64,000 nucleotides of DNA from an uncultured delta proteobacterium (GCA_963699755.1 CAVOVB010000001.1:96001-160000); one strand, 5' to 3'; counted from the stretch's first letter, positions 39,252 through 48,872 are shown. Notes: generated from the sequence alone by a model not told the origin. Numbers and translations are program-made.

Positions 39252-40392
39252 GAGGCGTGGCCCTACCGGCGAGGAGCTGCCCGCGGGCATTTCCTGGGAT
39301 GCATCGAAGAGGCGCTACCGCGTCCGCGGCAAGCATGGGGGCAAGACCCTGTCCGATGCGATGAAGAGGAAGCGCGACCTCGACCGTGAGGCGCGTGGTG
39401 TGAAGCCTCACGTACTGTCTGCCTACTTCGACCACTGGGCGGCCTGGCAGCAGCGCAAGGGTCGCCGCAACGTGAAGAAGGACCGCCGCCGCCTCGAGCT
39501 CCACGTCGAACCCACGTTCGGGCAGAAGGCGTTGACTGGCTTGACGCCGCCCGAGCTCCTCGATTTGTATTGGAAGCTCTACGACAGCGGCGATGGTGTG
39601 ATCGGCGCCCGGACGATTCGGGACGTGAACGGACTAATCAGCAGTGTCTACTCGTTGGCGGTGTTCGAGGGGTTGGCGGACTACAACCCAGCAACGCAGA
39701 TGCCGCGCGGTTCGATGCCGAAGGTCGGCGACAACCCCTGGGAGAGGTACGAACCGGGGGAAGTTGTGACCCTGCTTACCGACGAACGAATCCGGCTCGA
39801 CCGCCGCGTGCTTTACGCTCTGCTCTTCTGGTTCGCGGACCGCGAGGGCGAGGGCTGCGGGTTCACGTTTGAGGACTACGACCGCCTCCCGAAGCCTCTA
39901 GGCGCGATGGCAATCGACAAGCAGTACCAGGGGCAGCCGTTGAAGGGCAGCCGAGATGACTACATCGCCGCGCGTCGATTTCCGGTGCATCCCGAAGCCG
40001 CGGCCTTGATCGCGCGCTGGAGATTGTCGGGCTTCCCGTCGATCTTCGGCCGAACCCCTCGATGCGATGACCCGATCGTGCCTAATCCCCGCACCATGAA
40101 GGCCCGCAAGCCGAACGCGGTCTACAAGGCGCTGATCGAAGATGAGAAGCGCGTCGGCATCGAGCACAAGAAGGGTCGCGCGACCCACGGGTTCCGCAAG
40201 TGCTGGATCTCGATGGCGCATGAAGCCGGGGCCAACCGTGAAGCCGTTCGCGTTCTCACACACACTGGGCGGTCGCGCGATGTGCTGGACCGCTATGCAC
40301 TCTGGTCCTGGGACAAGCTCTGCGAAACTGCGGCGCTCGTCGAGCTCCCCGAGACTGCACAAGTGATCGCGTTAGGGGGCCGTCGTGCATGA
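39241..40392 (+). CDS. Tyrosine recombinase/integrase
   Basis: SAM-like LELHVEPTFG, catalytic R (ADREGE), HGFR, THT and Y (DRY). Next to att and the tRNA. Confidence 0.88.
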   Translation: MVAKRRGPTGEELPAGISWDASKRRYRVRGKHGGKTLSDAMKRKRDLDREARGVKPHVLSAYFDHWAAWQQRKGRRNVKKDRRRLELHVEPTFGQKALTGLTPPELLDLYWKLYDSGDGVIGARTIRDVNGLISSVYSLAVFEGLADYNPATQMPRGSMPKVGDNPWERYEPGEVVTLLTDERIRLDRRVLYALLFWFADREGEGCGFTFEDYDRLPKPLGAMAIDKQYQGQPLKGSRDDYIAARRFPVHPEAAALIARWRLSGFPSIFGRTPRCDDPIVPNPRTMKARKPNAVYKALIEDEKRVGIEHKKGRATHGFRKCWISMAHEAGANREAVRVLTHTGRSRDVLDRYALWSWDKLCETAALVELPETAQVIALGGRRA

Positions 40393-40406
40393 CACCGGCA
40401 TGACAC
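40390..40406 (+). repeat. TGACAC tandem pair, candidate integrase arm-type site
   Basis: TGACACCGGCATGACAC between the integrase stop and the att core. Confidence 0.6.
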
Positions 40407-40441
40407 CGTTTGCGTTCGTCGCAGAAAACCCAGCGCGAAGT

Positions 40442-40531
40442 TGGCGGAGGAGGAGGGATTCGAACCCCCGGTAGAGTCGCCCCTACAACGGATTTCAAAT
40501 CCGCCGCCTTCGACCGCTCGGCCACTCCTCC
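40442..40531 (-). tRNA. tRNA-Ser(TGA), integration target
   Basis: Reverse complement GGAGGAGTGGCCGAGCGGTCGAAGGC..GCGGA-TTTGAAA-TCCGT..GGTTCGAATCCCTCCTCCTCCGCCA. Confidence 0.95.
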
Positions 40532-40647
40532 GTGAGGGGGCGATTTAGCACAGGCTTCGCTCGGTTGCCCTTCCCATTCGAGTCGATCTCGGCCTATATT
40601 TGGCGGTCCCCAGACGGTGGGCGGCTGGGCACTCGAAAGGTGACGCT

Positions 40648-42435
40648 GTGGCGACTGACACGATTCCAAATCGACTTCTGCAAAGAGCGAAAAGGACCCC
40701 CAACGATCCTGCGTACTACGTACGCGAAGGCGGCAGCTGGAAGCCGACGAGCTGGGGCAGGTACTCCGACCAGGTGACGCAGGCCGGGCGCGCGTTGATC
40801 GCCCTTGGCTTCAAGCCAGGACAGACGGTTTGCATCCTCGGGTTCAATCGCCCCGAATGGGCGATCATCGACCTCGCCACAATGGGTGCCGGCGGCGCGC
40901 CCGCTGGCATCTACACCACCTGCTCCCCCGTCGAGGTTCGTTACATCGTCGCCCATGCCGAAGCGCCGGTCATCATCGTCGAGAATGAAGATCAGTGGCG
41001 CAAGGTTCTAGCGGAACGCGAGAACATGCCGAACCTGAAGCACGTCGTCACGATGAAGGGCTGTCCCCCGATCGCTGACGAGATGGTGATGAGCTGGGAA
41101 GAGTTCATGGCCAAGGGCGACGAGGTCGAGAAGCAGGCTTACCTCGGCCGCGTCGAGAGTCTGAATCCGAAGGCGCTTGCAACTCTGATCTACACCTCCG
41201 GCACGACGGGCCCGCCCAAGGGCGTCATGCTGAGCAACGAGAACCTGGCCTGGACGTCGAACATCGCCATCCAGATCACGACGATCAACTCGACGGATTG
41301 CTCGCTCTCCTATCTGCCGCTTTCGCACATCGCCGAGCAGATGTTCACGCTGCACATTCCGATCACCACCGGCGCGCGGGTGTACTTCGCCGAGTCGATC
41401 GAAGCGGTTCCCGAAAACCTCAAAGAGGTTCAGCCCACCATCTTCTTCGGCGTGCCGCGGATCTGGGAGAAGTTCCACGCCGGCATCTCCGCCAAGCTCG
41501 AGGAAGCGACGGGTGTGAAGGCCAGGCTGGTGAAATGGGCGATGAAGGTCGGCTGGGAGGCCAACCAAAGCCCCGAGGGCACCAAAGGCCTTCAATATGC
41601 GCTCGCCAACAAGCTGATCTATTCGAAGCTCCTGCCAGCGATCGGCATGGGCAATGCCCGGGTTTGCGTCACCGGCGCGGCACCCATTGCACGCGAGGTG
41701 CTCGAATTCTTCGCGAGCTTGGACCTCGTCGTGCTCGAGGTCTATGGGCAGTCGGAGGACAGCGGCCCGACCAGCTTCAACACCCCGACCCGGTATCGTT
41801 TTGGCAGCGTCGGTCCCGCACTGCCGGGGGTCGAGGTGAGGATCGCCGAAGACGACGAGATCATGGTCAAGGGCCCCAACGTGTTCATGGGTTACTACAA
41901 GGACAAGGAGGCAACCGACGAGACGCTCACCGACGGTTGGTTGCATTCGGGTGACTTGGGCGCCTTCGATAAGGACGGGTTCTTGAACATCACTGGCCGC
42001 AAGAAGGACATCATCATCACCGCCGGCGGCAAGAACATCACGCCGAAGAACCTCGAAGCGGCCATCAAGAACCATCCGCTCGTCGACGAAGCCGTGGTGA
42101 TCGGCGATCGTCGCAAGTACCTGAGCGCGCTCGTCACCATCGATGCCGAGGCGGGCCCGACCTGGGCTGCAGCCAATGGCGAAGATGCCAGCGCGCTACA
42201 CAAAAGCCAGAAGCTCAGGGCGAGCATCCAGGCGCACATCGACGAGATGAACGCCCATTTCGCGCGCGTGGAGCAAATCAAGAAGTTCACCATTCTCAAG
42301 CGAAACTTCAGCATCGAAGATGGCGAGCTCACGCCGACCTTGAAGGTGAAGCGGGCCAAGGTGAACGCTCACTTCGCCGAAGACATCGAGAAGATGTACG
42401 ACGAGGGCGGCGCGCAGGCCCAGCCGAGGGCGTAG
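40648..42435 (+). CDS. Long-chain fatty acid-CoA ligase (paralog 2)
   Basis: IYTSGTTGPPKG, YGQSE, HSGDLG, GRKKDIIITAGGKN. Confidence 0.92.
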   Translation: MATDTIPNRLLQRAKRTPNDPAYYVREGGSWKPTSWGRYSDQVTQAGRALIALGFKPGQTVCILGFNRPEWAIIDLATMGAGGAPAGIYTTCSPVEVRYIVAHAEAPVIIVENEDQWRKVLAERENMPNLKHVVTMKGCPPIADEMVMSWEEFMAKGDEVEKQAYLGRVESLNPKALATLIYTSGTTGPPKGVMLSNENLAWTSNIAIQITTINSTDCSLSYLPLSHIAEQMFTLHIPITTGARVYFAESIEAVPENLKEVQPTIFFGVPRIWEKFHAGISAKLEEATGVKARLVKWAMKVGWEANQSPEGTKGLQYALANKLIYSKLLPAIGMGNARVCVTGAAPIAREVLEFFASLDLVVLEVYGQSEDSGPTSFNTPTRYRFGSVGPALPGVEVRIAEDDEIMVKGPNVFMGYYKDKEATDETLTDGWLHSGDLGAFDKDGFLNITGRKKDIIITAGGKNITPKNLEAAIKNHPLVDEAVVIGDRRKYLSALVTIDAEAGPTWAAANGEDASALHKSQKLRASIQAHIDEMNAHFARVEQIKKFTILKRNFSIEDGELTPTLKVKRAKVNAHFAEDIEKMYDEGGAQAQPRA

Positions 42436-42472
42436 TCGAGCCCTCAAGAGGCGCTTGGGTCACCAGCGGCGT

Positions 42473-42889
42473 CTAACCGACGACCGTCACGGTGACCCGT
42501 CGCCGATGCCCCCGGCGTCGGTGCTCCCAGACGAAGACGCCCTGCCAGGTGCCGAGCGCACAGCGCCCAGCATTCACCGGAATGCTCAGCGAAGTTTGAG
42601 TCAGGGCGGTTTTGACGTGCGCCGGCATGTCGTCTGGACCTTCCATCGTATGGACGTAGAGCGAATCGCCATCGGGAACGAGCCTGGAAAGGAAGGCCTC
42701 GAGGTCGCGTTGCACGTCTCGGTCGGCGTTCTCGTTGATGATGAGCGACGCGCTTGTGTGATGAATGAAGACGGTGCAGAGGCCTTCCGAAATGCCGGAA
42801 GCCGCGACAGCCTCTTGGACCCGCTCCGTGATCTCGAGCGTGCCCCTGCCCCGCGTCTCGACGGTGAAGGTTTGCGACTTCGCGCTCAT
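42473..42889 (-). CDS. yjbQ: YjbQ/UPF0047 family protein
   Basis: HTSASLIINENAD, EGPDDMPAHVK, LGTWQG..EHR. Confidence 0.85.
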   Translation of the reverse strand: MSAKSQTFTVETRGRGTLEITERVQEAVAASGISEGLCTVFIHHTSASLIINENADRDVQRDLEAFLSRLVPDGDSLYVHTMEGPDDMPAHVKTALTQTSLSIPVNAGRCALGTWQGVFVWEHRRRGHRRRVTVTVVG

Positions 42890-43359
42890 GGCGCCGATAC
42901 CCTCATCCACATTGCGGCTTGGTCGCCCTGATAGATCAGGATCTCATCCTGCCTGAAGCGGAACTCGTAGCGTCCGAACACCTGGTTCTCACGCTGGCGG
43001 ATCTTCACGGCACGAAGCTCCAATTCCAAGGGCGATCCCATCTTGGCAAGGGCGGCGAAGCGTGCGTCGTAGATCCGTCCGCCGTAACCGATCCATCCGT
43101 CTGCGTGACGAAGGCCGAGGACGTAATAGGTGTGCATGAAGCCGAGGATGCCGGTCAGGTGAACCATCAAGCCGCCGCTCACATGCCGCGGATGCCGCAC
43201 CGGGTGCGCCCGCTGATCGCGAGTTAGAGGAAGGTCGGGGCGCGTGCTCATCCGCGCGCGCACGATTCCCGATTCTTTGTCGACTTCGACGAGCTCGTCG
43301 ATACAGATCGCGCCCGGTCCGTACGGGCAATCAGCAACGAATTCCGGGTCCAATGGCAT
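42886..43359 (-). CDS. Hotdog-fold-like hypothetical protein
   Basis: FabA/FabZ-like layout (PY...ID.LVEVD, HP.HV.G.LM), by eye only. Confidence 0.5.
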   Translation of the reverse strand: MPLDPEFVADCPYGPGAICIDELVEVDKESGIVRARMSTRPDLPLTRDQRAHPVRHPRHVSGGLMVHLTGILGFMHTYYVLGLRHADGWIGYGGRIYDARFAALAKMGSPLELELRAVKIRQRENQVFGRYEFRFRQDEILIYQGDQAAMWMRVSAP

Positions 43360-43362
43360 CAA

Positions 43363-44019
43363 CTAGACTCCCTGGGCGTCCGCATCCCAAATCATTTTGT
43401 GAATCTGCATCTGCACACGAACCGGCAAGCCATCTTCCAGGACCCATTGCACCAGGTCCTTGGGGTCGAGCTCCCCCCAGACGCAGCTCAGCAAGACGGC
43501 ATTCACGCGCTCGGCAAGACCGTGCTCCTCGATGACGCCTTTCGCCCAGTCGTAGTCGACGCGATCGGCGAGGACGAGCTTGACCTCGTCTCGTATGCTC
43601 AGGTCTGCGATGTTCTCCCATCGATTGCGATGCGACTCGCCACTCCCAGGTGCTTTGAGATCCATGATTCGATGCACGCGAGGGTCGACCTCGGAGATAT
43701 CGCGCTCGCCGCTGGTTTCGAGGAGGACGGTGCGGCCAGCGTCGCAGAGCTCTCGGAGCAGGGGAATCGCGCCCGGCTGGAGCAGGGGCTCACCACCGGT
43801 GAGCTCGACCAGCGGCGTACCAAACGAGAGCGCCTTTTCTAGCGCCTCGGCGCGCGGCATCTGGGTCCCGCCCTCGAAGGCCTGAGGCGTGTCACACCAG
43901 CGGCAACGGAGGTTGCAGCGGGAGAGCCGCACGAAGGTACAAGGAAGCCCGGCGAACGTCGATTCACCTTGAACCGACTCGTAGATCTCGTGAATCCGTA
44001 TCTGCTCGGCGTCAGACAT
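43363..44019 (-). CDS. queE: 7-carboxy-7-deazaguanine synthase (radical SAM)
   Basis: EIYESVQGE, CNLRCRWCDT, TGGEPLLQ, ETSG, QIHK.IW. Confidence 0.88.
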   Translation of the reverse strand: MSDAEQIRIHEIYESVQGESTFAGLPCTFVRLSRCNLRCRWCDTPQAFEGGTQMPRAEALEKALSFGTPLVELTGGEPLLQPGAIPLLRELCDAGRTVLLETSGERDISEVDPRVHRIMDLKAPGSGESHRNRWENIADLSIRDEVKLVLADRVDYDWAKGVIEEHGLAERVNAVLLSCVWGELDPKDLVQWVLEDGLPVRVQMQIHKMIWDADAQGV

Positions 44020-44021
44020 GG

Positions 44022-45251
44022 TCAGCGTGGGTTCCGTGTAATGAGGATCAACATCTGCCCCTGTTCGGCTGCGCGCGCCGGAGCCTCGACGATCAGATCC
44101 CACATTCCGGGCCGCGCATCCACCTCCAAGGTCTGAGTACGCCGCCGGACGCAGCGCTCGCCCTTTTCGTCCACGCGGACCCAGAGGACGCGGTGCTTGT
44201 AGCCGTCGATATCGAACGCAGAAGCACGGAGACGAGTACGCGCGCTGAGCGCGAGCCGATGCCGGTATAGCCGAGAGCTTGGCCTGAGGACGCCGCAGTG
44301 CTTGGGAAGGGTCCCCGCGAGTGGGAGGCTCGATTTGGTGACGAGGGCGGAGAAGGGAAAGGCGTCAGTGCCAGTGCCCGCGTCAGTGCCAATGCCCGCG
44401 TCAGTGCCAGTGCCCGCGTCAGCGACGACGCCAGTGTCCCTGCCGCTGTCGCTGTCCCCGCCCTCAACCGCCCTCCTCAGCGCATCCAACATCTCCAAGG
44501 TCAACAAGTTCCTCAGATTGTTCCCGTAGCGCAGCCCCTCTTCGGTCAACTGACACGCCGCTTGCGCCCCACCGCGCCCCAGCACGTTCGGGTGCACGCC
44601 GTCTCGCGCCAAACCTTTGCGGGGCAGCGCCGATAGCGCGCCGTGGTAGTCGATGAACGGGAGTGACCAGTGCGTGGCCACCGCTTCGGTGATCGCGTTG
44701 AAGCGGCGGATCCAGCGCTCCTTGAGCGAGTTTCGTCTTGGCAGGGCGGAGCCGAGGATGGGGACGACGCCCATCGCTTCCAGTGCCTCGACCAGGTAGA
44801 CCAGGCGCTTCAAATAGACGCGCTCGTTTTCGTTTTGTGCGTCGTTGCCGCCGAACAAGACCAGCGCCCAGCGTGCTTGCGTCGCCTCGAGCTCTTCTCG
44901 GAAGCTGGCTGGCCGGCCGCCCAAGACGTAGCGGAGGTTCCAGCTCACCCCTGCGGCTTGGCTTTCGCGGTTGAAGGAATTGCGCTGTGCGTTGCCGAAG
45001 TAGGCGAGCGTCTCAGCCAACGCTTCGTGCTCGCCGAGCTCTACATAGGGTGCGGCAAAGCAGTGAAGGAACGCTTTGCTCGCTACACTCGAGCCCCCCA
45101 TCTTCGAGAACACGTCGTCCCGGAGCCCCGGCTTGCGCGCGTGAATCCCTCGAACGTGCGCGCTCACTTCATCGCTCAGCTCGAGCGGTTCGGCACGAGC
45201 GCCTCCGGCGACCGCGAGCGCCAGCACAGGAGCAAGCCAATTTTGCTTCAT
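44022..45251 (-). CDS. SGNH/GDSL hydrolase-like secreted protein
   Basis: Signal peptide, FSKMGGS, FGGND, DGVHP. Contains a DAGTGT repeat linker. Confidence 0.7.
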   Translation of the reverse strand: MKQNWLAPVLALAVAGGARAEPLELSDEVSAHVRGIHARKPGLRDDVFSKMGGSSVASKAFLHCFAAPYVELGEHEALAETLAYFGNAQRNSFNRESQAAGVSWNLRYVLGGRPASFREELEATQARWALVLFGGNDAQNENERVYLKRLVYLVEALEAMGVVPILGSALPRRNSLKERWIRRFNAITEAVATHWSLPFIDYHGALSALPRKGLARDGVHPNVLGRGGAQAACQLTEEGLRYGNNLRNLLTLEMLDALRRAVEGGDSDSGRDTGVVADAGTGTDAGIGTDAGTGTDAFPFSALVTKSSLPLAGTLPKHCGVLRPSSRLYRHRLALSARTRLRASAFDIDGYKHRVLWVRVDEKGERCVRRRTQTLEVDARPGMWDLIVEAPARAAEQGQMLILITRNPR

Positions 45252-46126
45252 TGAATCGCGCTCGAAGGGACTTCGTAGAGTCGGCTCGGCTCGCGGGTGA
45301 TGCCGCGGTTCTTGTTGTCGGTGAGGAGCAGCGCCGAGCCATCCTCCATCCAGAGGAGCCCTTCGAAATTCGGCAGTGGAGACACGAGCGCCGAGAGATC
45401 GGCCGCAAGGGTTGGCTCGATCCACTGTGCCTCAGGCCCCCTGGGGACTCGAAAGCGTAGCAGGCGCGACACGCCGTAGTGGCGCTCGACGGCGAGCGCT
45501 ACGATCGACTCGCCGACGAGCTTGCAACTCAGCGCGGCCAGCTTCCCGGTCCCAGTCGTGAGCTCGACCCGGTGTGCGGTCCAGCTCTGCGTCTTCGGAT
45601 CAAACACGCCGACGGGTGCCCAGCGTCGCTTGCGCTGTCGTTCCACGAGCTCGGTCGCCAACACGAAGAGGCCATCTACGTGACAAATCCCCTCGATGCC
45701 ACGGTTATCTGGGGCGGTCAGCTGCCAGCGGGCGTAGTCGAGCTGGCCGACCCGCGTGACCCGGAATCGCCCGCCCTCGAGCCTGCCTTCGAGGAGGAGA
45801 TCGCTGAGGCGGTCCTTCTGCTGGGTTTCGGTGCCGAGGAGGAACCGCGTCCCGTCCACCCAGGCCATCGCCTCTAGATCGGTCCCGGGCGGCGCACCCA
45901 CGACGGAGTAGCGGGTGACGCCGAAGGTCGCAGGGTCGATGCGGAGCACCGAATCCCCGTCTTCGCCCGGCGCCCAAAACGCGCCGTGCTCATCCGAGGT
46001 GAGTCCAGACAAGCCGGCGACCTCGGAATCCAGTGTGACGACGCGCCCCGGGCCACGCGGCTCCCTCTTCGTGCAGCCAGCGAAGGCGAGCAGCAGCAGC
46101 GCGGCAAGCGCGGCCCAGATGCGCAC
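45248..46126 (-). CDS. Lipoprotein, phytase-like/SdiA-regulated beta-propeller
   Basis: Lipobox FAGC, LSGL, DLEAMA, NRGIEG, NFEGL, LTDN. Confidence 0.6.
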   Translation of the reverse strand: MRIWAALAALLLLAFAGCTKREPRGPGRVVTLDSEVAGLSGLTSDEHGAFWAPGEDGDSVLRIDPATFGVTRYSVVGAPPGTDLEAMAWVDGTRFLLGTETQQKDRLSDLLLEGRLEGGRFRVTRVGQLDYARWQLTAPDNRGIEGICHVDGLFVLATELVERQRKRRWAPVGVFDPKTQSWTAHRVELTTGTGKLAALSCKLVGESIVALAVERHYGVSRLLRFRVPRGPEAQWIEPTLAADLSALVSPLPNFEGLLWMEDGSALLLTDNKNRGITREPSRLYEVPSSAIQ

Positions 46127-46128
46127 GT

Positions 46129-47445
46129 TCAGCGGACCGCTTCGAGCACGGCAGCCGCGCCGAGGCCGCCGGCGGCACAGATCCCGAGAAGGGCTGTCTC
46201 CTTGCCACTGCGTGCGAGCTCGTTGGCCATCGTCGTCACCATGCGCGCCCCTGTGGCGCCAAACGGATGCCCAATCGAGAGCGAGCCGCCGTAGATGTTG
46301 AAGGTCTCTTCATCGATTTCGCCGACGGCCTTGCTCCTGCCAAGTCTCAGCTCGGCGAAGCCCTTGCTCGCAAGAGCCTTGGTCACCGAAAGAACCTGCG
46401 CCGCGAACGCTTCGTGCATGTCGACGAGGCTCGTGTCCTTGAGCTCCATGCCGGCTCGGTCGAGCGCCCGCGGCATTGCGAGCGCAGGACCGATGAGCAG
46501 CTGATCCGCCGGGTCCACACCGACGTACGACCAGCTACGGAAGGCGGCTAGCGCCTTGTAGCCCAGCGCCCGCGCCTTGTCCTCGCTCATCAGCAAGACC
46601 GCAGCCGCGCCGTCGGTCAGGGGCGATGCGTTGCCTGCCGTCACGGTGCCGTTCTTCGCGAATACGGGGCGGAGCTTCGAGAGCTTCTCGAAAGTCGTGT
46701 CGCCGCGCACGAGGTTGTCGGCGTACACCCATCCGTCCGAAGTCTCTACGGCGGTGACTTCATCGTCGAAACGCCCCGACGCGATCGCTGCGGCCGCCCG
46801 GTGGTGCGAACGCTCTGAGAAACGGTCCTGTGCCTCGCGCGTGATCTCATTGCGCTGAGCCATCGACTCCGCGGACTCGCCCATCACTTCGCCGGTAGTG
46901 CGTTCGGCAATTTTCGGCATCTTCGGGAGAATTTCAGTGATCGGCATCATCTGCGACAGTACCCCGAGGTAGTCCGTGGGCGTGGAAGCCTTGCCGAATG
47001 CAAGCGGCGCGAGCGCGTGAACCGCCTTCTGTGGAAGGTTGAGCGGCGCGTTGCTCGTCGAGTCCGAGCCGCCAGCAATCACGACGTCCGCCTCGCCGCG
47101 CTCAATTGCCGCAGCCGCGAGGGTGACTGCCTGCAAACCCGAAGCGCAGGCGCGCGTACAGGTCATGCCTTCGACGCTGGCAGGCAAACGCAGGTCTAGC
47201 GCAATCTCGCGTGCGATGTTCGGCGCGTGCGAAGGCAAAATGACGCCGCCCCAAACGATGCTGTCAATCTCCTGATGAGGAACATCGGTGCGCTCGAGAA
47301 GCGCCTTCACCGCGATGTCACCCAAGTCGATGCTGTCGAGCTTGAGAAACTTGCCAAAGGCTTTGACGAACGGGGTCCGAACGCCAGCGACGATGACCGC
47401 GCGACGCTTCTTGCCCCAACCATTCTTCTTCTTGGCCATCTTCAT
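46129..47445 (-). CDS. Acetyl-CoA C-acyltransferase (thiolase, FadI/FadA2-like)
   Basis: RACASG, HEAFAAQ, GHPFGATG, GICAAGGLG. Confidence 0.92.
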   Translation of the reverse strand: MKMAKKKNGWGKKRRAVIVAGVRTPFVKAFGKFLKLDSIDLGDIAVKALLERTDVPHQEIDSIVWGGVILPSHAPNIAREIALDLRLPASVEGMTCTRACASGLQAVTLAAAAIERGEADVVIAGGSDSTSNAPLNLPQKAVHALAPLAFGKASTPTDYLGVLSQMMPITEILPKMPKIAERTTGEVMGESAESMAQRNEITREAQDRFSERSHHRAAAAIASGRFDDEVTAVETSDGWVYADNLVRGDTTFEKLSKLRPVFAKNGTVTAGNASPLTDGAAAVLLMSEDKARALGYKALAAFRSWSYVGVDPADQLLIGPALAMPRALDRAGMELKDTSLVDMHEAFAAQVLSVTKALASKGFAELRLGRSKAVGEIDEETFNIYGGSLSIGHPFGATGARMVTTMANELARSGKETALLGICAAGGLGAAAVLEAVR

Positions 47446-48866
47446 GCTCCTACGAGTGCGCCACCGCAGACACGAACCGTTTGACCGGTGAGACCTACGG
47501 CGCCAGGGGTTGCCAGAAAAGTGATCGCCTGGCCGACGTCCTCGGGCTTGCCCCCCTGTCCGACGGCGGCCATGCGGCGTGCGACCTCGCGAAGCGCGAC
47601 CGGCATCGCGTTGGTGAGGCGCGTCTCGATGAAGCCCGGTGCGATCGCGTTGACGGTGATGCCCTTCTTGGCGACCTTGGAGGCCAGCGCGGCGACGAAT
47701 CCGACGATGCCGGCCTTGCCCGCCGAGTAGTTCGTTTGCCCGCGATTTCCGGCGATTCCGGAAACCGAGGAGAGGCAAATGATCCGCCCACCCGGCCGCA
47801 GGACCTCATCTCTGAGCAGTCGTTCGGTGATACGAATGACCGCGCCGAGATTGATGTCGACCGCCGTGTCCCAGGCGTCGGGGCTCATCCGCCCGAGGGT
47901 CTTGTCGCGCGTCACGCCCGCATTGTGCACGACGATGTCCGCACCTCCGAATCGCTCCTTGAGCTCCGCGGCGATTCGTTCCGGCGCATCGACGTCGGTG
48001 ATGTCGACTAGGAGCGTGGAGCCGCCGACGCGCTGCGCGACCTGGCTACACGGGCCATCGTCCGCAGGTCGATCGAGACAGACCACGTGCGCACCTTCGG
48101 CGGCGAGTAGCTCGGCGGTTGCTTCACCAATACCGCGCGCTGCGCCGGTGACTAGGGCGACTTTGCCGCCGAGCACGTGCGTGTCGGGCGCCTTCTCGCC
48201 CGTGGCAAACGTGGTGATGTGAAACGGCTGGCAGCTGATGTAAGCAGATCTCGGCGATAGGAGGAAACGAAGCACAGCGTCGAGTCGCTGCTCGGCCCCC
48301 TCTTCTACGAAAACACTGTTGGCGGTCGATCCATTGCCACCAATCTCCTTTGCGAGGCTCCGCGTGAACCCCTCGAGGCCGGCGCGGGTGGCAGCATGGA
48401 CCGGCTTCTTCGCGTCCGACGCCGGACGACCGAGCACGACGACACGTCCGGAGCGATTGAGCCGACGAATCCACGGATGGATGAATGCGTAGAGCTGATG
48501 AAGGTCCTCGGGTGTTTCGAGGCCGGTCCCGTCGAACACGATGGCGTCGACGCGCACGCCCTCAGGCGCCTCGCCGGGCGCAACCAGGTGTGGCGTACGC
48601 GCCCAAGCCTCGCCAGGACCTCTGAAAGGCTCGAGATCGGCCTCTGAGGCGCCAACGACCAAGGGATTGGCGCCTGCTTTCGTCAGGACCTGCGCAAGCA
48701 CGCTCTGAAGCGCACCGACCCCGCAGACGATCACGTTCTTGTCATCGAGCGGCCGCTCCTCATAGGGGCCTTTGCCCCGCGCCAGTTTCTCAGGCACAGG
48801 AATTGGGAGTCCAAGAGCCTTGACTAGTTTTCGCGCATTTTCGTTTTCGAGCAGAAGATCCGTCAT
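47442..48866 (-). CDS. High-molecular-weight 3-oxoacyl reductase (FabG4-like)
   Basis: N-terminal extra domain, then VTGAARGIG, HNAGVTRD, YSAGK. Confidence 0.88.
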   Translation of the reverse strand: MTDLLLENENARKLVKALGLPIPVPEKLARGKGPYEERPLDDKNVIVCGVGALQSVLAQVLTKAGANPLVVGASEADLEPFRGPGEAWARTPHLVAPGEAPEGVRVDAIVFDGTGLETPEDLHQLYAFIHPWIRRLNRSGRVVVLGRPASDAKKPVHAATRAGLEGFTRSLAKEIGGNGSTANSVFVEEGAEQRLDAVLRFLLSPRSAYISCQPFHITTFATGEKAPDTHVLGGKVALVTGAARGIGEATAELLAAEGAHVVCLDRPADDGPCSQVAQRVGGSTLLVDITDVDAPERIAAELKERFGGADIVVHNAGVTRDKTLGRMSPDAWDTAVDINLGAVIRITERLLRDEVLRPGGRIICLSSVSGIAGNRGQTNYSAGKAGIVGFVAALASKVAKKGITVNAIAPGFIETRLTNAMPVALREVARRMAAVGQGGKPEDVGQAITFLATPGAVGLTGQTVRVCGGALVGA

Positions 48867-48872
48867 TCGAGC

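Larger units (their letters stand above)
29695..40465. mobile_element. Integrated phage-satellite-like element (10,747 bp unit) in tRNA-Ser(TGA)
   Basis: 24-bp direct repeats at both ends. Carries integrase, excisionase, primase, VapE helicase and a protease-capsid fusion. No terminase, portal or tail gene recognised. Confidence 0.92.

Noticed and set aside
29695..40465. Complete prophage or canonical cf-PICI
   Set aside because: No terminase, portal, head-tail connector, tail or lysis genes recognised between intact att sites.
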